Part shown: one piece after another, positions 8,471-18,212 of the stretch
Position numbering within the stretch: position 1 is the first letter of the stretch
Layout of the letters: each line of letters opens with the position of its first letter
Assembly: GCA_938042205.1 (NCBI GenBank)
Contig: CALIRS010000025.1
Location: forward strand, 1 to 24,865
Length of the DNA: 24,865 nucleotides
Reading direction: 5' to 3'
Source: an uncultured bacterium
GTDB taxonomy: Bacteria; Actinomycetota; Aquicultoria; SKW223
Translations under genes and position numbers: made by a program
The notes under the pieces: generated by a model
Told to the model about the DNA's origin: nothing
The model's database searches: none
The model's input: only the letters and a program-made list of their open reading frames with translations

Positions 8471-8499
8471 AACGAGCGGCCAATAACTCACACCCATGA

Positions 8500-8587
8500 T
8501 GGCGGAGGGAGAGGGATTTGAACCCCCGGCGGCTTTCACCGCTACGGTTTTCAAGACCGTCGCCTTCGTCCACTCGGCCATCCCTCC
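8500..8587 (-). tRNA. tRNA-Ser (anticodon TGA), CCA encoded
   Basis: GGAGGGA/TCCCTCC acceptor stem, G discriminator, anticodon loop cT-TGA-aa, long variable arm, GGTTCAAATCC T-arm. Confidence 0.96.
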
Positions 8588-8594
8588 ATCATTC

Positions 8595-8623
8595 AAGATA
8601 CCTGAGAAAATATTCTTATTCAA
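8595..8623 (-). promoter_or_regulatory. Putative sigma70-type promoter of tRNA-Ser
   Basis: TTGAAT (8623-8618), 17 nt spacer, TATCTT (8600-8595), 7 nt before the tRNA 5' end. Confidence 0.5.
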
Positions 8624-8699
8624 GATTCGCTAAGCAAAAATGCCATTACCTTGAGCTTTTGACTGGCTTTATTCAAAATAAGATAATTATTTGCCAGTA

Positions 8700-10867
<2,168 letters not shown>

Positions 10868-10956
10868 TCACATTCCCCCGGATACCTCACGGTCATTCTC
10901 AAACCATATATTTTCCTCAATTCAAGATCAGTTCCTGTTTTTCAAACTACTTTCAG

Positions 10957-11784
10957 TTAGATGCTTCTCGGGTAAGAGCCAAGCACTTTTAGTTTAGCAG
11001 TTTTACAAGCGAGGCAATTAAGAGCTGTCTGTATTACTTCATCATCAATATGTCCTTCCATATCAATAAAGAAACAGTAACTCCCGAACTTTTCCTTAGT
11101 TGGCCTTGATGCAATTTTGGTAAGGTTTATATAACGGTAGCTGAACTCCTGAAGTATTTCCAGGAGCCCACCTGGCCTATCCTCCGCTATAAAACAGACT
11201 ATTGAAGTCTTATCGTAACCTGTTTTAGGAGACTTTTCCTTACCAATAATCACAAATCGAGTCAGATTATCTTCGTAATCAGAAATATCTTTTAAAAGAA
11301 TTTCTAAGTTGTAAAGCCTGGCTGCAAATAGATTCCCAATAGCTGCAATTTCCTTATCTTGAAGGTCGGCTACTTTTTTTACAGCATCTGCAGTGCTTAA
11401 GGCTGGTATAATTTCAATTTCCCCAAAAGTAGAACGCAAAGAATTTCGACATTGAGCGGAAGCCTGCGGATGTGAAACTACCTTCTTAATATCTTTGACA
11501 ACAGCTCCTGGAACACCTATCAAATAGTGTTTCACCTCCAGGACAATTTCTTTCTCAATTAAAACATCGCCATTAAAAGCCATGTAATCAAGAGTCTCTG
11601 TAACTGATCCCTCAATTGAATTTTCAATAGGCACAATACCTTTAGAGCATTCACCTTTTTCAACTGCCCTAATAACATCGACCACTGTTGGGAATGGAAC
11701 AAATTCTTCTTTTCCGGGATCATACGCTTTCGTCAAAGCTTCTTCCGTATAAGTTCCTGGCGGACCCAAGAAAGCAATTCTCAC
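10957..11784 (-). CDS. pheA: Prephenate dehydratase with ACT domain
   Basis: FLGPPGTYT, VPIENSIEGSV, SHPQA.AQC, NLTRF, INLTKIASRP; SD GGAGG. Confidence 0.96.
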   Translation of the reverse strand: MRIAFLGPPGTYTEEALTKAYDPGKEEFVPFPTVVDVIRAVEKGECSKGIVPIENSIEGSVTETLDYMAFNGDVLIEKEIVLEVKHYLIGVPGAVVKDIKKVVSHPQASAQCRNSLRSTFGEIEIIPALSTADAVKKVADLQDKEIAAIGNLFAARLYNLEILLKDISDYEDNLTRFVIIGKEKSPKTGYDKTSIVCFIAEDRPGGLLEILQEFSYRYINLTKIASRPTKEKFGSYCFFIDMEGHIDDEVIQTALNCLACKTAKLKVLGSYPRSI

Positions 11785-11856
11785 TTTCTACCTCCATTTT
11801 CAGGCTCTAAAACTTAATAGTAAATTGATTTATTATTCAGGTTATCTTTCTTTTAT

Positions 11857-12351
11857 TCAAGCCTTCAGTTTCTCTGCAGCATTCTTTATTGCTTCTTTCT
11901 CCTCATCAGAAAGCGGTACCTCAGATGAGAAGCCTGATATGGGTTTACAATAAAAACGAGAGTCAGTCCTGCTATTTAGTGAGGTAATCACCACTCCTTT
12001 ACCTTTTTCATCCAGTAAAGCTAAAGAGAAGCTAAGATTACCTCCTGTGTCCTTAAATGGATTGTATCTAACCAGGCTAACACCGACAATAGCTGACTCT
12101 AACTTTAGCTTAAGCTGTTCCACATTAGAAGAAACATCTGCCAGAAAATCTTCCAGAGCTTCAGTTTTTTCCAGTAATTTGTTAACAGAATCTACCACTG
12201 AAGGCTTGCCTGATTCCCTTTTTAAAATTTGAAGATATTTAGTCGCTTTTCTGATTCTTATGGTTAACCAGATAAGCCATATTAAAAAAATAAAAGCTAC
12301 TATTGCTATTACAGCTTCGAACGTTAACATGGACATTTCAGACATCTCCAC
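11857..12351 (-). CDS. DUF4446 family membrane-anchored protein
   Basis: N-terminal TM, coiled coil, VRYNPFKDTGGNLSFSLALLD..G.G.V.TSL..R..SR.Y.KPI..LS.EEKEA; true start may be a downstream ATG. Confidence 0.85.
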   Translation of the reverse strand: MEMSEMSMLTFEAVIAIVAFIFLIWLIWLTIRIRKATKYLQILKRESGKPSVVDSVNKLLEKTEALEDFLADVSSNVEQLKLKLESAIVGVSLVRYNPFKDTGGNLSFSLALLDEKGKGVVITSLNSRTDSRFYCKPISGFSSEVPLSDEEKEAIKNAAEKLKA

Positions 12352-12387
12352 ATCTCATGTCTTAAGTTAATAGTTTAAAATAAAGTT

Positions 12388-13158
12388 ATGATGGATTACG
12401 AGTCTGTCATTGAAATTCTTCATCTTCTTGAAAAAGGGATTATCAGCGCGGAAGAAGCCGCGCGAAGAATTTCTCTTACACCATTTTTAAAGCTTGATGA
12501 AATAACAATCGACTCCAGCAGGTTTTTAAGAAAAAAAGCGCCTGAAACGATATTTTGTCTTCATAAAACTCCTGAACAGGTGAAAAAATCATTTGTAGCC
12601 TGCAGTAAAGTCCACTCGAATATTCTGGGAACCAAAGCTAATTCCCAGCAGTTCGAGCTGGTCAAGGAAGAGTTTTCTGAAGCTGAGTTTTTTCCAGCAT
12701 CGGGCGTAATTCGATTGATTCGAAGAGAAATTCAAAAAGCCGGGAAAGTGATTGTGGTTACTGCTGGAGCCTCAGATTTCCCAGTAGGTGAAGAGGCAAA
12801 GCTTTCCGCTGAGTTTTTTGGCAGTTTTACAGAAATAATAAGTGATGTGGGAATCGCTGGAGTTCACAGATTGGCAGAGGTGATCGAAAAATTCAACGGC
12901 GCAAATGCTATCATTTGTTGCGCCGGCATGGAAGGCGCTCTTCCTTCCCTTATTGCCGGAATATTTCCGGTACCTGTAATTGGTGTTCCCACCTCTATTG
13001 GGTATGGCGCTTCCTTTGGTGGTGTTTCCGCCCTACTATCGATGCTGAATTCTTGTGCTGAAGGGCTGGCGGTGGTTAATATCGATAATGGCTTTGGAGC
13101 CGGTTACCTGGCTTCAAAAATAAACTTAATGGTAGAAAAGGCAAAAAGCTCTTCTTAA
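12388..13158 (+). CDS. larB: Nickel pincer cofactor biosynthesis protein LarB
   Basis: AGASDFPVGEEA, DVGIAGVHRL, AGMEGALPS, PVIGVPTSIGYG, MLNSCA.G..VVNIDNGFGA. Confidence 0.93.
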   Translation: MMDYESVIEILHLLEKGIISAEEAARRISLTPFLKLDEITIDSSRFLRKKAPETIFCLHKTPEQVKKSFVACSKVHSNILGTKANSQQFELVKEEFSEAEFFPASGVIRLIRREIQKAGKVIVVTAGASDFPVGEEAKLSAEFFGSFTEIISDVGIAGVHRLAEVIEKFNGANAIICCAGMEGALPSLIAGIFPVPVIGVPTSIGYGASFGGVSALLSMLNSCAEGLAVVNIDNGFGAGYLASKINLMVEKAKSSS

Positions 13159-13171
13159 GGACGGGAGGGAA

Positions 13172-14353
13172 ATGGAAAAGATAGCATATTTTGATTGTTT
13201 TTCAGGAATATCAGGAGATATGGCAGTAGCAGCGCTTCTTGACGCAGGTGCTACAATTGAACCTCTTTTAAGAGTGCTCGAATCGCTTCCTATTGAAAAA
13301 CCTGAGCTTAAGGTTGAAAAAGTTACTGAGAACGGTATTTCAGGTACTCGCTTTACAGTTCTGGAGCCTTCGCGAACTGAAGAGAGAAATTACGCTGATA
13401 TTAAGAAGATTATAAAGGACGCAAAAATTTCCAGGAATGCGAAACGAATAGCTTCCAAGATTCTCTTTAATTTAGCCGAGGCTGAAGCAAAAATACATAG
13501 CATTCCTCTGAAAAAAGTTCAGTTCCACGAACTTGGCGCCATTGATACCATCACCGATATTTTAGGAGTGGCCATTTTTCTTGAGGAACTTGGCATTGGA
13601 GAAGTATGGAGTTCAAAAGTTCCTGCAGGCAGCGGTGAAGTGAGCACAGAACATGGCGTTTTGCCAGTTCCTGCACCAGCAACACTTGAGATTCTGAAGG
13701 GAGTACCCCTGGATGAGCGCAAACATACAGGTGAAGTGACAACTCCAACAGGTGCTGCTGTAATTAAATCATTAGCTTCGAAATTTATTGCTCCTGGCAA
13801 CTTAGTTGTAGAAAAGATTGGGTATGGTTTCGGGCATTTTAAACGTGAAAGGCCTAATTTTCTCCGAGTAATTATTGGAACAAAAGCTCGAATTGAAGAG
13901 TCTCTTTTTGAAGTACGTGCAAATATCGATGACTCCACTGCGGAAATGATTTCTGAAACCGTAAACTCACTACTCGAAAAGGGTGCTCTTGATGCCTGGG
14001 TAGAACAGGCGCTAATGAAAAAAGGTCGTCCAGGGGTTATTCTTTCTTTTCTCTGCAGCCAAGAAGACCTCGACAGACTTATTGATGAAGTTTTCAGGGG
14101 CACAAGCACTATCGGAATCAGATTTCATTCTGTCGAAAGACGTGTTCTTCCAAGACGAATCGAAGCAGTGGATACCCCTTATGGCCAAATTAGAGTGAAG
14201 GTTTCGGGTACCGGTAAAAAGACAAAAATCGCTGCCGAATTCGATGACTGCGTGCAGCTTGCCAGTAAATTTGGATTACCTGTCGACGCCATCAAAAGAG
14301 AAGCTGAATATCGTTGTGCGTTAAGGCTTGGCTTGATCGAAAAAGAAGAGTAA
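13172..14353 (+). CDS. larC: Nickel pincer cofactor biosynthesis protein LarC (nickel insertase)
   Basis: YFDCFSGISGDM, FHELGAIDTI.D, HGVLPVPAPAT, EVTTPTGAA, MKKGRPG, TSTIGIR, EFDD; SD GGAGG. Confidence 0.95.
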   Translation: MEKIAYFDCFSGISGDMAVAALLDAGATIEPLLRVLESLPIEKPELKVEKVTENGISGTRFTVLEPSRTEERNYADIKKIIKDAKISRNAKRIASKILFNLAEAEAKIHSIPLKKVQFHELGAIDTITDILGVAIFLEELGIGEVWSSKVPAGSGEVSTEHGVLPVPAPATLEILKGVPLDERKHTGEVTTPTGAAVIKSLASKFIAPGNLVVEKIGYGFGHFKRERPNFLRVIIGTKARIEESLFEVRANIDDSTAEMISETVNSLLEKGALDAWVEQALMKKGRPGVILSFLCSQEDLDRLIDEVFRGTSTIGIRFHSVERRVLPRRIEAVDTPYGQIRVKVSGTGKKTKIAAEFDDCVQLASKFGLPVDAIKREAEYRCALRLGLIEKEE

Positions 14354-14358
14354 ACAGG

Positions 14359-15288
14359 TTATTCTCTCCACCTGAAACGCCAGATCCTCTCGTTGTTAAA
14401 AAGGTATTTTTCTTGTGGAACCGGTTCAATAAATATTTTGATTATGTTTTCAGCATTATCAGATGTGTCCGGCAATATATTTTCGAAAGTTAGTGGTTTT
14501 CTTTCTGCTGGTTTCAGCCTTTTTACAACCTTTGTTGTTTCATCTATTTGCCCTGCGATGGAACTGCGTAGCGTCAGCCTGACCACTATAGAAGTCTCGG
14601 CAACCTCTCCCTGGTTCTGGATTTCAACAGTAACCGACATCACATCAGTTTTACTGTAGTAGTATGTCTTCCTGGAGCTATCATAAGATGCTTGCTTTGG
14701 TTTTGTAGTCAAACTGATTATCGCCAATCCACGTCTTACAGGCTTAGTGAATTCCTCTGGCTTTTCTCTGGCCTTCGGTTCTGCTTTTGAAACGTCGAGC
14801 TTTATTTTTGAAAAATTGAATTCAGACATCTTCTTTTCTTTTGATACAATTTCAATCCACCTATCAAGTAACTCTTTAACTGCCACAAGTTCTGGATAAT
14901 AATCTACTTTCGTTTCTGCTTTCTTAGTCATTATCTCAAGAAGAGCTACCGTACCAATAAGAATGGAATGTGGTTCTTTGTAGTTAGAAGGAGGTCTTTT
15001 TTCAAGCAACGCTTTTTTCACTAAAGAAACCTGTTTTTCATAAGGAGCGAATTCTTCGTTTTTCCTTTGACTTCTCAATGAAATTGCTATTTTAGAAATT
15101 TCAGATATTTCTGATGCTTTTCTATAAGACCACGTTTCATAGCCTTCCTTTGCACCGGTAAAAACAGGTAAAATAACAGTTCCTGCCCAGATTATTCCAG
15201 CAATCACAATTAATAGAAAAATAATAGCGATAATGCCCGGACTTTTACTTCTCTTTCTTCTTACGCTTTCATAATCCCTTCTATACAC
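14359..15288 (-). CDS. Membrane-anchored protein with helical region and C-terminal CARDB-like Ig domain
   Basis: Basic N-terminus, TM IIAIIFLLIVIAGIIWAGTVIL, C-terminal VTVEIQNQGEVAE...V..LKPAERKPLTF. Start re-called to GTG 15288 because the track's MTCEVHNSRPDP is just the repeat read in antisense. Confidence 0.7.
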   Translation of the reverse strand: MYRRDYESVRRKRSKSPGIIAIIFLLIVIAGIIWAGTVILPVFTGAKEGYETWSYRKASEISEISKIAISLRSQRKNEEFAPYEKQVSLVKKALLEKRPPSNYKEPHSILIGTVALLEIMTKKAETKVDYYPELVAVKELLDRWIEIVSKEKKMSEFNFSKIKLDVSKAEPKAREKPEEFTKPVRRGLAIISLTTKPKQASYDSSRKTYYYSKTDVMSVTVEIQNQGEVAETSIVVRLTLRSSIAGQIDETTKVVKRLKPAERKPLTFENILPDTSDNAENIIKIFIEPVPQEKYLFNNERIWRFRWRE

Positions 15289-15315
15289 ATCCCAAATATA
15301 CAATAAAATCCCGCC

Positions 15316-15350
15316 GGGGTCAGGTCTTGAATTGTGAACTTCGCAGGTCA
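15316..15350 (+). repeat. GGGGTCAG-type repeat, copy B (left end of inverted pair 2)
   Basis: ggggtcaggtcttgaattgtgaacttcgcaggtca, 33/35 identical to 755-789. Confidence 0.9.
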
Positions 15351-15429
15351 ATCAGGCTTTAAACTTTAAATTTCGCACTTCAGCGTGCTGATAAACAGAC
15401 TTTCTTGATTTCTATATATTTTAAAAAAT

Positions 15430-15450
15430 TGAAAAGCAAGACCTGAAGAC
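15430..15450 (-). repeat. Degenerate inverted partner of copy B
   Basis: caagacctga (15437-15446) is the reverse complement of tcaggtcttg (15320-15329). Confidence 0.55.
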
Positions 15451-15461
15451 CTCTAATTTAG

Positions 15462-15490
15462 TTGAAAAAATTACACAAGTAATATATACT
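15462..15490 (+). promoter_or_regulatory. Sigma70-type promoter of the tetR-MMPL operon
   Basis: TTGAAA (15462-15467), 17 nt spacer, TATACT (15485-15490). Confidence 0.8.
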
Positions 15491-15508
15491 GACTGACCAG
15501 TCAGTCAG
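15489..15508. promoter_or_regulatory. Palindromic operator, probable TetR binding site
   Basis: Perfect 9-2-9 palindrome ctgactgac-ca-gtcagtcag overlapping the -10 end, the likely start site and the start of the SD aggagg. Confidence 0.82.
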
Positions 15509-15519
15509 GAGGTAAGATT

Positions 15520-16134
15520 TTGAACACTACTGAAACCCATACTTCCCGTCAGAAGATTATCGACACCGCAGAGAAACTTTTCGCTGAAAAGGGCTTTCAC
15601 TCAGTAAGCCTCAATCAAATAGCCCAGGCTGCTGGCATCTCTAAGAGCCTCATCCTTTACCACTTCACAGACAAAGATTCACTTTACAAATCAGTTATCG
15701 AAAGAGTTGTCTCTTACCTACAGGAAAATCTCCTCAAAATCCTTTCCACATCACTCCAGCCTGATAAGAAAATAGCCTTTTTCATCGAAGAATACTTTAA
15801 CCTTCTTGAGAGTCGCGAAGCTTCTCTCCATATCTTGGTTCGTGAAATGTCAAACCTGGAAACACCTATCACAAAATACCTTTTCTCAAATCTGAGAAAT
15901 CTCGTTAACGCAATCTCTTCAGTTATTGAGAAAGGTATAAAGCAGAAAATCTTTAAAGAAGTTGACCCTGAGCAAACAGCAATATCACTTCTTGGGATTA
16001 TGAACGCTCATATTGCTGCACGTATTATCGGTTCCGGTAATAAACAAATAGTAGCCCCTGAACAACATAATATCCAGCAAACCTCGGAAATCTGCAAAAC
16101 CATATTTTTCAAAGGAATTGAGGATGCCGAATAA
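15520..16134 (+). CDS. TetR/AcrR family transcriptional regulator
   Basis: KIIDTAEKLFAEKGFHSVSLNQIAQAAGISKSLILYHFTDKDSL HTH; SD aggagg; TTG start. Confidence 0.95.
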   Translation: MNTTETHTSRQKIIDTAEKLFAEKGFHSVSLNQIAQAAGISKSLILYHFTDKDSLYKSVIERVVSYLQENLLKILSTSLQPDKKIAFFIEEYFNLLESREASLHILVREMSNLETPITKYLFSNLRNLVNAISSVIEKGIKQKIFKEVDPEQTAISLLGIMNAHIAARIIGSGNKQIVAPEQHNIQQTSEICKTIFFKGIEDAE

Positions 16135-18212
16135 TGCTTACCCAGTTTTCTAAATTCGTGGTTAAAAATAGAGTGTTTATCCTGCTTGCAGGAATTATTC
16201 TTGCCGCCATCGGCCTTTACGGTACCAGTAAGCTTCAGATAAACTACGATATTTACTCTTACCTCCCTCAGAACGTCCCATCAACCAAAGGTATTCGTAT
16301 CGTCAATAAAAATTTCAAAATGGGAACTTCAGCGCAAATCCTTTTAGATAATAAGTCCGATACAGAAATCCTCCAGCTTAAAAAAACCATAGAAAAAATT
16401 GATGGAGTTGAAAAAGTTGTCTGGGCAGGTGATCTTGCAGATCTAACAGTGCCCAGAGAATTTTGGCCTGAGGAATTAACCGAAAACTACTACTCAAAAA
16501 ACCACACTCTAATTCATGTTTATTTTGAGAAAGAAGCTCAAAATCCTTCTACTAAAAAAGCCTTCTCGGAACTTACTTCTCTTATCAAAAGAAACGGTGG
16601 GTTTGTCGCCGGTTCTGTTGCCATCTCCTCAGATATCGAAAAGACAATGCAAGAGGAAATGCAAAGGTTCTTTCTAGCAACAATAATACTCGTCACCATA
16701 GTTCTCCTCCTGACTATTCCTTCAGTTCTCATCCCGGTTCTTTTTATGATGACTATCGGACTGTCAGTTCTTATAAACATGGGGATAAGTTACTTTCTCG
16801 GACATGATATTTCCTACATCACCCGCTCAATTGCTCTACCGTTACAATTCGCGGTCTCCATGGACTATGCACTTTTTCTCTATCACCGTTTCAAAGAAGA
16901 AAAGTCACGTTCCCCTGAAGATAAGGCAATGGAAAATGCTATTGTGTCCACATTCAAATCAATTAGTGCTGCCAGCCTAACAACAATAGCTGGTTTTTTA
17001 TCGCTCACTTCAATGAGGCTTGAATTTGGAAGCGATATTGGTCTTACGCTTGCACGTGGTGTCCTGATAACATTTTTTTGTGTAGTAACCTTCCTTCCAT
17101 CTCTGATACTTACTTTTAGTCCTTTAATTGATAGAATCTCTCATAAAACTTACCTCCCCGATTTCGTAAGAGTGGACAATTTCATCACCAGACATGCGAA
17201 TACTTTCACCATAATTTTCATTGCTTTACTTGCCATCGGGCTTTGTGGAAGTCAGCTCATAAGAATGAACTTTAATTTAGAACAGGGAATGCCTTCTGAT
17301 TTGCCATCTATAAAAGCCTCAGAAACCATTTCAAATGAATTTGGTAAAAAAGATACCGTTTTTATCGTCTTTAGTGACGAAGGCAACCTCAACCAGATTG
17401 ACCATGTAGTAAAAAAAATTGAAAAAGCAAAAGGTGTAAATTCGATTTTTGGATATACAACGCTTGTAGATCCAGCAATTCCAGAAGACCTTGTTCCAGA
17501 GAAAGTGAAAAAGCAGTTTGTCAAGAACGGAAACTACCTTTACACAGTAGACCTTTTTTATTCTCCGCGAGAGCCCGAGTCAAAGGCAGTCTTATCTTCA
17601 ATAGAGAAAATCCTCAAAGAAAATAATATAAAAGCATATCTTACTGGTACTTCAGCTATGATCAAAGATATTGAAGATATTTCCAATGAAGATTCCGCCC
17701 GGGTCAATTTAGTTTCTGTATTTGCTATTTTCCTGATAATATTGATCGCTTTCCGTTCGTTTTCCATTCCTTTAGTGCTAATTGCATCGATAGAAACAGC
17801 AATTTTAATAAACCAGACTTTATATATTTTTTCGGGAGCCGAAATTCCGTTCGTGGCAGCTTTAGCAATTGGAGCGATTCAACTCGGTTCAACTGTCGAT
17901 TACTCTATCCTGATGACCACAAGATATGAAGAAGAACTTAAGAAAACTGGGAACAGATTCACTGCAATTAGCAAAGCAATCCAGGAATCATCTCAAACTA
18001 TTCTGGTGAGTGCAGGAACCATGTTTGCGGCAACCATAGGGATGGCTGTCCTTGGCACTATGGAAATAATCAAATCACTGGGGATACTTATCTCACGAGG
18101 AGCGGTTATCAGCTTCTTTTCAGTAGTTTTTCTCCTGCCAGCTCTACTGGTGGTATTTCAAAAAGTTTATGAAAAAACAAGTTTTAAATGGCCACAGGAG
18201 GTTAAAGATTGA
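16134..18212 (+). CDS. MMPL/RND family transporter
   Basis: Two 1+5 TM halves with extracytoplasmic domains; conserved TM Asp-Tyr pairs (SMDYALF, TVDYSIL); start overlaps the tetR stop (TAATG). Confidence 0.93.
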   Translation: MLTQFSKFVVKNRVFILLAGIILAAIGLYGTSKLQINYDIYSYLPQNVPSTKGIRIVNKNFKMGTSAQILLDNKSDTEILQLKKTIEKIDGVEKVVWAGDLADLTVPREFWPEELTENYYSKNHTLIHVYFEKEAQNPSTKKAFSELTSLIKRNGGFVAGSVAISSDIEKTMQEEMQRFFLATIILVTIVLLLTIPSVLIPVLFMMTIGLSVLINMGISYFLGHDISYITRSIALPLQFAVSMDYALFLYHRFKEEKSRSPEDKAMENAIVSTFKSISAASLTTIAGFLSLTSMRLEFGSDIGLTLARGVLITFFCVVTFLPSLILTFSPLIDRISHKTYLPDFVRVDNFITRHANTFTIIFIALLAIGLCGSQLIRMNFNLEQGMPSDLPSIKASETISNEFGKKDTVFIVFSDEGNLNQIDHVVKKIEKAKGVNSIFGYTTLVDPAIPEDLVPEKVKKQFVKNGNYLYTVDLFYSPREPESKAVLSSIEKILKENNIKAYLTGTSAMIKDIEDISNEDSARVNLVSVFAIFLIILIAFRSFSIPLVLIASIETAILINQTLYIFSGAEIPFVAALAIGAIQLGSTVDYSILMTTRYEEELKKTGNRFTAISKAIQESSQTILVSAGTMFAATIGMAVLGTMEIIKSLGILISRGAVISFFSVVFLLPALLVVFQKVYEKTSFKWPQEVKD

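Noticed and set aside
8500-8587. Possible selenocysteine or suppressor tRNA (long variable arm, TGA)
   Set aside because: The anticodon is TGA, which reads TCA (Ser); tRNA-Sec has TCA and a longer acceptor stem
13519-14109. 196-aa minus-strand ORF and the other nested or antisense ORFs in the track
   Set aside because: Shadow frames of well-supported genes, Ser-rich, with no SD or domain evidence
15289-15351. N-terminal extension MTCEVHNSRPDPGGILLYIWD of ORF 14359..15351
   Set aside because: Mostly the antisense reading of the 35-bp repeat; GTG 15288 is the more plausible start
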